NCBI GenBank assembly: GCA_021776925.1
Contig: JAJFFB010000100.1
Location: 35,894 to 99,893, forward strand
From: Planctomycetota bacterium
GTDB taxonomy: Bacteria > Planctomycetota > UBA1135
Length of the DNA stretch: 64,000 nt
Direction of reading: 5' to 3'
The position numbers were made by a program, and so were the translations under genes. The notes under the pieces are model-generated. The model had not been told where the DNA came from. It was given only the letters and a program-made list of their open reading frames with translations, and did no database searches. Positions 28,570 through 38,947 of the stretch are shown piece after piece (position 1 is the stretch's first letter; each line of letters starts with the position of its first letter).

Positions 28570-28662
28570 TGGGTCGGGTTTCTGGATTTCCTGTAACTGA
28601 GGGCCAGAAAGAGCGCCCTGGCAAGGGAAGCCATTCCTTCTTACCTCAGTTTCCCAGAAACC

Positions 28663-30606
28663 ATGATAAACCATTCCCAAAGAGCATGGCTGGGTGCCAT
28701 CGTCCTCATGCTACTCCCCCTCCAGGCCGCCCAGGCCCAGGTGCAGGACAACTCCTCGCGAGCCACCCTGACCGTCACTGGACGGGCACAAGACGGCTTT
28801 CTGGACGCCCCCCCCCAGGACATCATCCCTGGCACCCGGGTGATCTTCGAGATCACCGGGGAACCCTTCCAGCCGGTGGTTCTCGCGGTCGGCACCGCGC
28901 GCGAGCCGGGTGTGCCGCTCTCGACCTACGGGTTGCTCAACCTGCAGAACTACACCATCGTTCTCAATGGACTTGACCTGGGAGGTCCGGGCCGATTCGC
29001 CTGGACCGGTGCCGACGGCACCTTGTCGCTGGTTGCGGCGCTTTCGGTGGACACACCTCTCGACACCGAATTCACCTTCCAGGCTGCGGTCGGCACCGAC
29101 GGACCGGAGGGCATGATCCTGAGCGCCCCAGAGCGCCTGCGCGTGCGCCTCGCGCGCATGGCATACCTTGCCAATGAAGAGTCGAGCTGGACCGAGTTGT
29201 ACGGCAACAGCACCTTCGGCACCTCGCACGTCAAGTTCCACGAGGATCTGGATGACAATGAGTCCGTCAGTGCCTACGCCTGGTCGCCCGATGGCAGCAT
29301 GGTTGCCTACATCGCCGACCAGAACTATGACACCCTCAATGAACTCTTCGTGTCCGACGGCAACAGTCTCAACAACCGCAAGGTCAGCGGCAACCTCATC
29401 GTCAAGGGCAGCGTGACAGACTTCCAGTGGTCTCCGGACAGCAGCATGCTGGCCTACCGCGCCGACCAAGATGCCGATGAAGACTATGAGCTTTATGTGG
29501 CCCAAGCCGATGGCAGTGGCAGCATTAAGGTCAGTGGTAGCTTGGCTGGCTTCGGAGATGTAGAGGAATTCTCCTGGAGCCCCGATAGTGCGCGCATCGC
29601 CTACCGTGCGGACGCTGATTCCGACGGGGTTTTTGAGATGTACGCGGCTTGGGCAGACGGCAGCGGCCAGGTCAAAATCAGCGGAACGATGCCGAGCGGT
29701 GGATCTGCCAACTCCGGCCAACCGGTGTGGTCGCTGGACAGCACCACAGTGATCTACCTCGCGTCTGAGTTCACCGCCTACAAACCGGAGGTCATCGGCG
29801 CGTTTGCCAGTGGCGCAGGCAGTTGGGCGCTCAATTCCACCACGATTTCCGCAATCATTGAATTTCAGCTTGCCCCAGACGGTAGCCGTGTGGCTTATCA
29901 AGGCGGCGTCAACACCGGCAACGTTCAAGAGGCCTTCGCCTGCAACCTGGACGGCAGCGGTAATGTCCAGATCAGTGCGCCCCTGGTGCTCTACGGGGAC
30001 GTTATCGAGATGCAGTGGTCTCCGGACAGCTCCTCCATCGCCTATCTTGCCGACCAGGAATTCGACGGCTACTTCGAACTCTACGTGGAAGACGCGGACG
30101 CTCCCACCGGGGCGGTCAAGATCAATGGCTTCCTGGCACCATCCGGCAACGTCACCGACTTCGGCTGGTCGCCGGACAGTTCACGGCTCGCCTATCGCGC
30201 CGACCAGTATGTGAACGAGGTCTACGAATTGTTCACCAGCATGGCTGACGGAACTTCGAACACGTTGATCAACGGCCCACTGATCACGGGCGGAGACGTT
30301 TACGACTTCCTCTGGTCGCCAGCGACCGACCTTTTGCGTCTGGCGTACCGCTCTGATGAGGATCCGGATTCCGGGGCTGAGCTCTACTGCTCGGACCCTG
30401 AGGGATTGACCCAAGCGCGCCTCAACGATACGGCTTCCTATTTGGGCTCTTCCAACTACCGCTGGGACCCAAGTGGAGTCTGGTGCGCGTTCCAGGACCA
30501 GGGCAACAACCTGATGGTCAATGACCGCACAGGCAAGGAACAACACCAGCTGGACATCCCCGGAGGCAACTGGATCATGTCCTTCGCCTGGTCACCGATC
30601 GAGTAG
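28663..30606 (+). CDS. secreted protein with many PD40/TolB-like beta-propeller repeats
   Basis: Signal peptide MINHSQRAWLGAIVLMLLPLQAAQAQ. At least 8 units contain W-S-P-D-x-S-x-(I/L)-A-Y-x-A-D (WSPDGSMVAYIADQ, WSPDSSMLAYRADQ, WSPDSARIAYRADA, WSPDSSSIAYLADQ, WSPDSSRLAYRADQ ...). Confidence 0.75.
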   Translation: MINHSQRAWLGAIVLMLLPLQAAQAQVQDNSSRATLTVTGRAQDGFLDAPPQDIIPGTRVIFEITGEPFQPVVLAVGTAREPGVPLSTYGLLNLQNYTIVLNGLDLGGPGRFAWTGADGTLSLVAALSVDTPLDTEFTFQAAVGTDGPEGMILSAPERLRVRLARMAYLANEESSWTELYGNSTFGTSHVKFHEDLDDNESVSAYAWSPDGSMVAYIADQNYDTLNELFVSDGNSLNNRKVSGNLIVKGSVTDFQWSPDSSMLAYRADQDADEDYELYVAQADGSGSIKVSGSLAGFGDVEEFSWSPDSARIAYRADADSDGVFEMYAAWADGSGQVKISGTMPSGGSANSGQPVWSLDSTTVIYLASEFTAYKPEVIGAFASGAGSWALNSTTISAIIEFQLAPDGSRVAYQGGVNTGNVQEAFACNLDGSGNVQISAPLVLYGDVIEMQWSPDSSSIAYLADQEFDGYFELYVEDADAPTGAVKINGFLAPSGNVTDFGWSPDSSRLAYRADQYVNEVYELFTSMADGTSNTLINGPLITGGDVYDFLWSPATDLLRLAYRSDEDPDSGAELYCSDPEGLTQARLNDTASYLGSSNYRWDPSGVWCAFQDQGNNLMVNDRTGKEQHQLDIPGGNWIMSFAWSPIE

Positions 30607-30615
30607 CCCAACTCC

Positions 30616-32370
30616 CTAGCGCAGCTCCAGGTCCCACGGCATGCGGGCCTGGAGCCCGCGCGCCTGCAGCAGGCGGCGTGCGCGTTGCAGGGCGTGCTGC
30701 ACTTCGGCCGGCAGCGGGGAACCGCTGTGGATCTGGCCAATGCCGTTCATCGCCAGTTCGGCCAGGATCTGCTCCCACAGCTCGGGTTCGTGATTGCGGT
30801 AGGAAACGCCGAAACCCTCTTTCAGGCCAGCACGGTCGGCGGCGCGCTCGACCGCCTCTTGAAGGCTGCCCAATTGGTCGACCAGCCCCAGCTCCAAGGC
30901 GCGTTTCCCGGACCACACCCGCCCTTGGGCGATCTGGTGCACCGCGTCACGCTCCAGGGCCCGCCCGCGGCTGACCCGCTCGAGAAAGGCGTCGTAGACC
31001 TCGTCGACCGAGGCCTGCAGCCCGGCAAGAGTGGCATCGCTCTTGCTCTGCCACATCGACCACAGGTTGGCGTGCGGAGCGGTCTGCACGGTTTCGATCT
31101 TGATTCCGTGGGCGGCAGCGAGCCCGGCAACGTTGGGCAGCATGCCGAAGACGCCGATGGATCCGGTGATGGTGCTGGGTTGAGCATAGATCTCGCTGGC
31201 CTGGCTGGAGATCCAATAGCCGCCCGAAGCGGCCACGTCACCCATCGATACGATCACCGGTTTGACCTGCGCGCACAATTCCACTTCGCGCAGGATAACT
31301 TCGCTGGCGGCGGCACTGCCGCCCGGGCTGTTGACGCGCAGCACCAGCGCAGCAACCTCATCGTCAAGGCGCACCGCGCGGATCTTGGCCGCCATGCTGT
31401 CACCGCCGACTTCAATCTCGGAGCGGCCGTCGACGATCTCGCCCTCGGCAAATAGCACCACCACCATGCCCCCGCCGGTCCACGGGTCGTCCTCCCATTC
31501 GGCAGCCAGATAGTCTTCGAGCCAGATCGAGCGGAAGCCCTGGTCGGCGTCTTCCTCGCCGGTCAGCTGGCGCAGTTCGGCTTCCATTTCGTCTCGGTGC
31601 AGGACCGCGGTGATCAACGCGGCGTCCACCGCCTGCGCCCCGGTCAACAGCCCGCTCTCCTGGGCGACGCGGTCGAGGTCGGAGCGTTGGGGCTCGATCT
31701 CAGCGGCCGACTCGGCGCTACGCACATCTTCCAGATCGCCCAACAGCAGCGCCACCTGCTCGCGGTTTTCGGCGCTCATCTGGTCAAGCATGTAGGGCTC
31801 GACGGCCGACTTATACTTGCCGACGCGGGTGACCTGGACCTCGACGCCATAGCGACGGAAGGCACCGCCGTAGTACTGAGATTCAGCCTGGAATCCGTTC
31901 CATTCGAAGCCGCCGAAGGGCGCCAGCCAGATCAGGTCGCCGGCACTGGCCAGGTAGTAACTGGCTTCGTCGATCGATGGGAACCAGGCGCTGACCTGCT
32001 TGCCGCTGGCACGAAAGCGCAGGATCGCCTGGCGCAGTTCGCGCAACCCGGCCCAGCCCCCGGCGGCGACGCTGCCGGTCAGATGCAGGCCGACAATGCG
32101 CGGATCGGCGGCGGCCTGGTCGAGAACACCGATGAAACGGTGCAGCGGCGTCGGATCGTGGCCGAAGGAACCCTGCACCACCTCGCTCACCGACGGCGGC
32201 ACTGGATCGTCAGCCAGGGGCATCGCCAGAATCAAGGTCAGAATGCTGTCCTTCTGCACCACCGGTAGGTCGGTTGCCTTCAGCGCATTCATCAACCAGA
32301 ACAGCACCAGGGTGCCAAGCAGGAAGACCCCGACCATGCTGGCCAGGACCTGGCGGAGAAAGGTACCCAT
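30616..32370 (-). CDS. sppA: signal peptide peptidase SppA, 67K type (peptidase S49, tandem domains)
   Basis: N-terminal TM helix and two S49 halves. Motifs VNSPGGSAAASE and MGDVAASGGYWISS. Confidence 0.9.
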   Translation of the reverse strand: MGTFLRQVLASMVGVFLLGTLVLFWLMNALKATDLPVVQKDSILTLILAMPLADDPVPPSVSEVVQGSFGHDPTPLHRFIGVLDQAAADPRIVGLHLTGSVAAGGWAGLRELRQAILRFRASGKQVSAWFPSIDEASYYLASAGDLIWLAPFGGFEWNGFQAESQYYGGAFRRYGVEVQVTRVGKYKSAVEPYMLDQMSAENREQVALLLGDLEDVRSAESAAEIEPQRSDLDRVAQESGLLTGAQAVDAALITAVLHRDEMEAELRQLTGEEDADQGFRSIWLEDYLAAEWEDDPWTGGGMVVVLFAEGEIVDGRSEIEVGGDSMAAKIRAVRLDDEVAALVLRVNSPGGSAAASEVILREVELCAQVKPVIVSMGDVAASGGYWISSQASEIYAQPSTITGSIGVFGMLPNVAGLAAAHGIKIETVQTAPHANLWSMWQSKSDATLAGLQASVDEVYDAFLERVSRGRALERDAVHQIAQGRVWSGKRALELGLVDQLGSLQEAVERAADRAGLKEGFGVSYRNHEPELWEQILAELAMNGIGQIHSGSPLPAEVQHALQRARRLLQARGLQARMPWDLELR

Positions 32371-32377
32371 GCGCGGA

Positions 32378-33760
32378 TTATGGCACGGCCTGCCATTCCG
32401 CTACGCCCCCCCTGACCCACAGGCGCAGGCGCAACGGCCAGTCCAGTCCGGCTTCACCCAGGTCGAGGACGCGGCGGTATTCCCCGCTGCGGAAAACCAG
32501 CCGCTGACCCTCGCGACGGAGATGCAATAGACGCCAGCGCGCTGCGCGGGCGGGTTGCGGACGGCTCTCGTAAGCGTGCGGCGGGGCGCTCCCGCCGGCA
32601 TGCAACAGAAACACGCCCGCCCCGAAAGTGTTCTGCCGCCACACCACGCGCGCATCGCGGCCGCCAGCGACCAGACTGAAGCCGGCCACCGCGTCGCCGC
32701 TGCTGCCGACGCGTTGCCGCCAGCGCAACGGCTCGCTGCCATCCCAGTGCAGCAGATCCAAGGTGACGGTCTGCGCCGGCCAGCTGGCCAGCAGCACCGG
32801 CTCGAAGGGGGAATGGAAGTCGGCGTCGCGACCGCGCAAGAAGGGCGGCGCATCGACCTCCGCCACCCCGAAATCCGCGGGCATGCGCGCCACCAGGGCA
32901 CCGGCCGGGCCGTGAATCCAATCCTGCTGCCACAGGTCGGCACGATCGCTTTCCTCCAGCAGCATTTGCACCAGCGTCGCCCAGGCCGAATAACGGAATT
33001 CACTGGGTAGCGCCTGCAGGGTGGGCAGCAACCCGGCCTCGGGTGCGTCAGCACAGGCATCGCGCACCAGGCGGCCCCAGCCCGGACCGTGCGCCGACCC
33101 CGCGGCGTTGGGCCACGATCCCGCCCCCCTGGGCCACCAGTTGGAGACGGTAGGCCACGGGTCGGCGCCATCGTGGACCATGGTTTCTGCCAGGCCTTCC
33201 TGAAACCACAGCGGCGCGACGCGCAGACTCGGGCGGTCGAGGCACAGCAAGTGGCCGATCTCGTGGCGGAAACTTTCCAGCCATGTGCGTGGGGGCAGCG
33301 GGCGCCTCAGCAGCAGGCCATCCTGCCAGGGCAGGGGTACCAGCGCGGTGCGCAGATGCGGCAGGGTGCGCGCGATCTGCCAGCCATCGCTCAATCCGGC
33401 AGCGGAGGCCACCGCCACGGTTGCATCCAGGCCGGCGACCAATTGCACCGACATACCGCGATAGGCACCCGAACTGCGCTCGACCGGCCAGCGGGCGGCG
33501 AGCTGCTGCAAACGCATGCCCACCTTTTCGACCTCAGCCTGCAACGGCCCGCGCCAGTGCTCGAAGGCCGGTGGAAGATCGATGCGGATGCCTTGAGGCC
33601 GCCGCCGGCTGTCTGGATTTTGCAGCGGAGCGGGGCTGCTACACGCGACGAGCAACAGCAGAATGGTCAGGCCATGGACCCTGCGACCCCCCTTCCGGCG
33701 CGCATCGACGCGGTGCTGTTCGACCTCGATGGCACCCTGGTCGAGAGCGAGGACTGGCAC
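32378..33760 (-). CDS. putative zinc metallopeptidase (MA-clan, Peptidase_MA_2/DUF1570-like), probable lipoprotein; start unresolved
   Basis: FRHEIGHLL (HExxH) is followed by PLWFQEGLAE, as in MA-like peptidases. A lipobox-like LLLLVACSS lies near residue 145 of the ORF. The codons just upstream of the signal are GTC and not starts. The nearest in-frame GTG is at 33760; ATG 34090 would overlap the HAD gene by >400 nt. Confidence 0.55.
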   Translation of the reverse strand: MPVLALDQGAIEVEQHRVDARRKGGRRVHGLTILLLLVACSSPAPLQNPDSRRRPQGIRIDLPPAFEHWRGPLQAEVEKVGMRLQQLAARWPVERSSGAYRGMSVQLVAGLDATVAVASAAGLSDGWQIARTLPHLRTALVPLPWQDGLLLRRPLPPRTWLESFRHEIGHLLCLDRPSLRVAPLWFQEGLAETMVHDGADPWPTVSNWWPRGAGSWPNAAGSAHGPGWGRLVRDACADAPEAGLLPTLQALPSEFRYSAWATLVQMLLEESDRADLWQQDWIHGPAGALVARMPADFGVAEVDAPPFLRGRDADFHSPFEPVLLASWPAQTVTLDLLHWDGSEPLRWRQRVGSSGDAVAGFSLVAGGRDARVVWRQNTFGAGVFLLHAGGSAPPHAYESRPQPARAARWRLLHLRREGQRLVFRSGEYRRVLDLGEAGLDWPLRLRLWVRGGVAEWQAVP

Positions 33761-34348
33761 ATGGAAAGCACCGTGCGCATGCTCGCCGGCATGGGGGTGG
33801 CAGTCAGTGGCAGCGACCTGCGCCGCTTTCTGGGCTGGGCCGAAGAGCCCTACTACCTGGAACTGAAGCGTCTCTACGGAATTCCGGGAGACCCTCAGAG
33901 CCTGTCGCAGCAACGCGCGGCCGAGTTCCAGCAGCTCCTTCACGAGGTCAGCATAGAGCCGCTGCCCGGGGTATTGCACACCCTCCAACAACTGGAACGC
34001 CTGGCTGTCCCGTGCGCCGTGGCAAGTTCGTCGGTGCGCACGGTGATCGCCGCCACCCTCGAGGCCGCCGGACTGGATGCGCGGATCCATGCGGTGCGCT
34101 CAGGCCACGACGACGTTGACCACGGCAAACCTGCCGCCGACGTCTATCACTCTGCCGCCGCCGCTGTGGGAGTGGAAGCCCGCCATTGCGTCGCGGTGGA
34201 AGACTCCCCCACCGGGTTGGCCGCCGCCCACGCGAGCGGCGCCTTTACCGTGCTGGTGCCGAACCTGCGCCTGAGCGGGAACCTGCCGCCAGCCGACCTG
34301 ACCCTGCCGACCCTGGATGGCTTCGCCGAGCTGCTGGCCAGGCGTTGA
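33674..34348 (+). CDS. HAD-superfamily hydrolase, subfamily IA (beta-phosphoglucomutase-like)
   Basis: ATG at 33674. Motifs VLFDLDGTLVES (DxDGT), VASSS, GKPAADVY and VEDSPTGLAAAHASG. Confidence 0.85.
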   Translation: MDPATPLPARIDAVLFDLDGTLVESEDWHMESTVRMLAGMGVAVSGSDLRRFLGWAEEPYYLELKRLYGIPGDPQSLSQQRAAEFQQLLHEVSIEPLPGVLHTLQQLERLAVPCAVASSSVRTVIAATLEAAGLDARIHAVRSGHDDVDHGKPAADVYHSAAAAVGVEARHCVAVEDSPTGLAAAHASGAFTVLVPNLRLSGNLPPADLTLPTLDGFAELLARR

Positions 34349-34414
34349 TCGCGGTGCCGCCTGGCGCTGATTGCGAGGCCGGCTGGCGTTGATCCGCAGT
34401 GAGGCCGAGCGGGG

Positions 34415-36856
34415 CTACTCACGCCCGGCGAAGACCGCGCCGAAGACCTGATCGTAATGGCTGACGAAGTGGAACTTGAGGCCGCCAGTCCAGTTCGGGT
34501 CGAGCAGTTTCACGTCGCGGCGGTTTTCCTCCGGCACCACCACCTGACGCATTCCGTAGCGCTTTGCCGCGAGCACCTTTTCACGGATGCCGCCGACGGG
34601 GAGCACCTCGCCGGTCAAGGTGATTTCGCCGGTCATGGCCAGGCGTGGTTTCAGGCGCCTCCCGGTCAGCTGCGACAGCATCGCAGAGGCGATGGTGATC
34701 CCCGCAGAGGGGCCGTCCTTGGGTACCGCGCCGGCCGGGAAGTGCAGGTGCAGGTCGCACTGGTGGATGGCGCAGGCGTCGATGCCGAATTCATCGCAGC
34801 GCGAACGCAGGAAACTGTGCGCAATGCGGCAGGATTCGGACATCACCTCGCCCAGCGAACCGGTGACGCGGACCTCGCCGCTGCCCTCAGCCTTGACCGT
34901 GACGCATTCGATTTCGAGGACGTCGCCGCCGTAGCCGGTATAGGCGAGCCCGAGCGCGATGCCACTGGCCGGACGCAGCCGCACCGGATCATCGGAGTAG
35001 CGCGGCGGGCCGAGGTATTTTTCGAGATGTGCGCTGGTGACGGTCACCGGCGGGCGCTTGCGCCGAGCAACCTCGAGGGTGCGTTTGCGACACACCGATG
35101 CGATCGCCTTTTCCAGACCGCGCACCCCTGCTTCGCGGGTGTAGTGGTTGACGATGGTGCGCAGGGTGGCCACCGGTATCTTGAGCCGCTTCGGTTCCAG
35201 GCCGTGCTCGGTCAGCTGCCGCGGCAGCAGGTGGCGGCGCCCGATCTGCACTTTTTCGGCGGTGACGTAACCGGGCAGCCGGATGATCTCCATGCGGTCG
35301 CGCAACGGCCCGGGAATTTCTTCGAGGACGTTGGCGGTGGAGATGAACATCACCCGTGACAGGTCGAAAGAGAGGTCCAGATAGAGATCGAGGAAGGCGC
35401 TGTTCTGCGCCGGATCCAGCACTTCCAGCAAGGCGCTGGAAGGATCGCCGCGGAAGTCCTTGCCGAGTTTGTCGATCTCGTCGAGGACGATGACCGGGTT
35501 GTTGGTGCCAGCGCGGCGCACCATCTGCAGGATACGGCCGGGCAGGGCGCCTACGTAGGTGCGGCGGTGGCCCTTGATCTCGGCCTCGTCGCGCATGCCA
35601 CCGAGGCTCATGCGTTCGAGGCTGCGCCCCATCGATTCAGCGATCGCCATCGCCAGCGAGGTCTTGCCCACTCCTGGAGGCCCAACAAAACACAACAGCG
35701 CGCCGCGGTGGCCGGGCCGCATTTTGCGCACCCCAAGGAATTCGAGGATGCGCTCTTTGGCGTCTTTGAGCCCGTAGTGATCGCGCTCAAGAATTTTCTC
35801 GGCGTGATCGAGATCGATCTGGTCCTCGCTGGACACACACCAGGGCATTTCCAGCAGCCAGTCAATGTAATTGCGCGCGACCGGATACTCCGCCGACATC
35901 GGCGGGATCATGCCCAGCCGCTCGACCTCGTCGCGCACCTTCTCCTCGACCTCCTGAGGGAATTCACCCGCCTCGAGCTTGCCCAGGAAGAGCTCGCGAT
36001 CGCGTTCGGTGGGTTCCTTTTCTTCGCCCAGTTCGCGGCGGATGATCTTGATCTGCTCGCGCAGGAAGAACTCCTTCTGTTGCTCCTCGATGCGCTCGCG
36101 GATCTCCTTCTGGATGCGGTCGCCAAGCTCCAGGGTGACCAGCTCGCGGGTGAGCGCTTCGTCGACCATGCGCAGGCGTTCGCGCACGTCGAGCTGTTCG
36201 AGGATCGGCTGCTTCTCGCCCGATTCCTTGAGCAGGTAGGCGGCGGCGAAGTCGGCCAGGCTGCCGCTGGCATCGATGTTCATCGCCGCCAGATTGAAAC
36301 CGTCGCCGAGGCTGGGATTGTGTGAAGCGACCTGCTGCGCCAGGCTGAGTACGTTGCGGCTGAGCGCCTCGGTCTCGTCGCTGGCGGGGTAGATGTCTTC
36401 GGGATAGGAAACCCGCGCCACCGGCACGCCCTTAACCTTGACGAAGCGGTCGACGTGAAAGCGGCGCACCCCGCGGCAGACGTAGTTCGAGTTGCCGTCG
36501 GGCAGACGAATGCGCTTGTGCACCTCGACCAGCACCCCGGTGCGGGCGAAATCGCGCGCCCGCGTGGGGCCGCCCTCGCCCATGCCGGGGGCGTAGAGCA
36601 GACCGACCTGACGGCCCTGCGCCATGGCCTTTTCCATGATCTCGACTTCGTGCCCCATTTCGGCGAGCACCGGCATGATCAAGGCAGGGAAGGGCACCGA
36701 GCGGCGCAGCGGGAAGACCACCAGCACCGTCGGCGGCAAGCTCTCCTTGACCGCGGGCAGGCTGGCAATTTCCTCGGCAGCGCGTTGTACGGCCTCTTCG
36801 TTGCCGTTTTCGTCGGTTTCTTCGAGCACGCTGAGCTCGTCGGGCAGTTCGTTCAT
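34415..36856 (-). CDS. lon: ATP-dependent Lon protease (endopeptidase La)
   Basis: Walker [16 protein letters not shown], the catalytic serine region [17 protein letters not shown], and full-length LonA architecture. Confidence 0.95.
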   Translation of the reverse strand: MNELPDELSVLEETDENGNEEAVQRAAEEIASLPAVKESLPPTVLVVFPLRRSVPFPALIMPVLAEMGHEVEIMEKAMAQGRQVGLLYAPGMGEGGPTRARDFARTGVLVEVHKRIRLPDGNSNYVCRGVRRFHVDRFVKVKGVPVARVSYPEDIYPASDETEALSRNVLSLAQQVASHNPSLGDGFNLAAMNIDASGSLADFAAAYLLKESGEKQPILEQLDVRERLRMVDEALTRELVTLELGDRIQKEIRERIEEQQKEFFLREQIKIIRRELGEEKEPTERDRELFLGKLEAGEFPQEVEEKVRDEVERLGMIPPMSAEYPVARNYIDWLLEMPWCVSSEDQIDLDHAEKILERDHYGLKDAKERILEFLGVRKMRPGHRGALLCFVGPPGVGKTSLAMAIAESMGRSLERMSLGGMRDEAEIKGHRRTYVGALPGRILQMVRRAGTNNPVIVLDEIDKLGKDFRGDPSSALLEVLDPAQNSAFLDLYLDLSFDLSRVMFISTANVLEEIPGPLRDRMEIIRLPGYVTAEKVQIGRRHLLPRQLTEHGLEPKRLKIPVATLRTIVNHYTREAGVRGLEKAIASVCRKRTLEVARRKRPPVTVTSAHLEKYLGPPRYSDDPVRLRPASGIALGLAYTGYGGDVLEIECVTVKAEGSGEVRVTGSLGEVMSESCRIAHSFLRSRCDEFGIDACAIHQCDLHLHFPAGAVPKDGPSAGITIASAMLSQLTGRRLKPRLAMTGEITLTGEVLPVGGIREKVLAAKRYGMRQVVVPEENRRDVKLLDPNWTGGLKFHFVSHYDQVFGAVFAGRE

Positions 36857-38196
36857 CAGGTTTCACCGGGTGGAGCCCCGGCCTCGACAGCGAGGATGTT
36901 ATCTCCTTCCGACTTGCCAATGATGGCCGCTCCGCAAGAGTCTGACCAGACATTGACCCCGGTGCGCAGCATGTCGAGCGGACGGTCGATCGCCAGCAGC
37001 AGCAGCACGCCGTCGTCGGGCAGGCCAAGTGATTTGAGGATAATCGCATTCAGCACCAGCCCGGCGCTGGGGATCCCGGCCGCCCCCACCGACGCCAGCA
37101 GCGCGGTGATGACGACGAAGATCTGCACGCCCAGGGTGAGGTCAAAGGCGGCCGAATGGGCGCTGTAATACTGGGCCAGGAAGATCACTCCAACGCACTC
37201 GTACAGCGCGGTGCCGTCCATATTGATGGTCGCACCCAGCGGCAGCACAAAGGAGGTGACGCGGTTGCTGACCCCGCCGCGGTGTTCGGCGGACTCCATC
37301 GAGACCGGCAGCGTCATCGACGAGGAACTGCTGCTGAACGCGGTCATCAGCGCCGGCGACATCGCCTTGCCCCAGCGCACCGGGTTGATCCCGCCGAGGA
37401 AGCGCAGCAACAGCGGCAGGGTCACCAGCGAGTGGAACAGCAGCGTGCCGAAGATGATCAGCATGAACAGGCCCAGGTCCTTGAAGGGTTCCAGACCGGT
37501 CTCGCCCACCACCTTGACCATCAGCGCGAAGACGCCATAAGGGATCAGAGACAGCACCCAGGCCGCCACCCGCATCATCACCTCGAATGCGTCCTGGAAG
37601 AACTGAAGCAGCCGCGGCCCGTTCGGTGCCTGCGTCCGCGCCAGGAAGAAACCGAAGATCAGCGCGAAGATGATGACCTGCAGCATGGCGCCGTTCTCGG
37701 ACAGCGCGGCGAACACGTTGGACGGCACCATGCGCGTCAGGATGTCGCCGAAACCGGAACCCGCCACCTTGTCGAAGTTCTGCGGGATCTCGAGGCCGAG
37801 GTTGGCGCCCTTGCCCGGCTCAATCAGGTTGACCGCGACCAGGCCGGTGGCGATGGCCAGCATCGAGGTGCACATGTAATAGATCAGGGTCTTGCCGCCG
37901 AGGCGCCCGAAATCCTTGCCGCCGCCGAGGCTGGCCACGCCGGTGACGATGCTGGTCAGGATCAGCGGCACGATCAGCATCTTCAGCAGGCTCATGAAGA
38001 TCTGCGCCACCATCGCGAAGGGAGCGATCCAGCGCGCCCGCAGGCTGTCCGGATCCAGCACATCTTTGGTGAACTCCAGCCCCTCCTGGAGCTGCACCGA
38101 GGAGGGGATAAATTCCTCTGGGGTCGTCGCCTGCAGGATCAGGCCGACCCCAACGCCCAGGAGCATGCTCAGGAGGATCTTGGTGTGGAGCTTCAC
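36856..38196 (-). CDS. dicarboxylate/amino acid:cation symporter (DAACS/GltP family)
   Basis: GTG at 38196 gives VKLHTKILLSMLLGVGVG. Family motifs SSSSSMTLPV and GATINMDGTALYE are present. The stop overlaps the lon ATG by 1 nt (TGATG). Confidence 0.85.
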   Translation of the reverse strand: MKLHTKILLSMLLGVGVGLILQATTPEEFIPSSVQLQEGLEFTKDVLDPDSLRARWIAPFAMVAQIFMSLLKMLIVPLILTSIVTGVASLGGGKDFGRLGGKTLIYYMCTSMLAIATGLVAVNLIEPGKGANLGLEIPQNFDKVAGSGFGDILTRMVPSNVFAALSENGAMLQVIIFALIFGFFLARTQAPNGPRLLQFFQDAFEVMMRVAAWVLSLIPYGVFALMVKVVGETGLEPFKDLGLFMLIIFGTLLFHSLVTLPLLLRFLGGINPVRWGKAMSPALMTAFSSSSSSMTLPVSMESAEHRGGVSNRVTSFVLPLGATINMDGTALYECVGVIFLAQYYSAHSAAFDLTLGVQIFVVITALLASVGAAGIPSAGLVLNAIILKSLGLPDDGVLLLLAIDRPLDMLRTGVNVWSDSCGAAIIGKSEGDNILAVEAGAPPGET

Positions 38197-38326
38197 TACG
38201 TGGAGGGTACTGGCGCGGATGGGATTTGGGCCCAGGCTAATTAAATGGGGAATGGCCGATCCTATTCTTGATAGAATGTGGCGTGCCTCAACCTCCACGA
38301 GCAGGCATGAAGAAGTGCATAAGAAT

Positions 38327-38899
38327 ATGATTGCCACTACCAATAACGCATGGTCGGAGTCTCAAATGAACCAGACTCTGGCCGACCTGAAACAGGATTT
38401 CCCTCGCTACACGGATAACGAGTTGTACGCCATCTGGTGCCATCAACACGGTTTGATTCCGATTGATAGCGAGGGCAAATTGAACCTGGAACAATGGAAG
38501 ATCCACGCCTCCCAGGACGGCGAATTCTTCCAGGAGGGCGGTTTCCGCGTCTCCCGTGCGCTCTACGGCCGCGCCCTTAAAGCACAGAAGGGCAAGCCCA
38601 AGCCGCCGCGCCAGGTGAAGAAGAAGAAGGAGCTGGCGCCGATATTCCCCGACGCCCCCGCCCAACCGCCGGACATCACCTTTGCCCGCGATTACCACCG
38701 GGCCGCGACCACGATCTACACCATTCTGGAAAAGCGCGCAGAGGTCACTGCCCTATTGCGCAGCCTTGAAGATCTGGACAACCGCATCGTCGCCGACCTC
38801 TGCGACAACGACCCGCGCGTCGCCGCAGTCCTGCATGAGGCTCGCAATCTGGCCGTGACCTCGCGTGTGGCTCCGCTCGAGCCTCCGGCCGAGTACTGA
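38327..38899 (+). CDS. hypothetical protein (190 aa) with a basic KGKPKPPRQVKKKK patch
   Basis: ATG at 38327 within ORF 37892..38899; upstream of it the opposite strand holds the transporter gene. The 5' half is clearly lower in GC than its surroundings. No domain recognised. Confidence 0.45.
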   Translation: MIATTNNAWSESQMNQTLADLKQDFPRYTDNELYAIWCHQHGLIPIDSEGKLNLEQWKIHASQDGEFFQEGGFRVSRALYGRALKAQKGKPKPPRQVKKKKELAPIFPDAPAQPPDITFARDYHRAATTIYTILEKRAEVTALLRSLEDLDNRIVADLCDNDPRVAAVLHEARNLAVTSRVAPLEPPAEY

Positions 38900-38947
38900 G
38901 CAGTCCGGCTGGTGGGATCAGCGTTGGCACCAACGCCGCGGCAGAGC

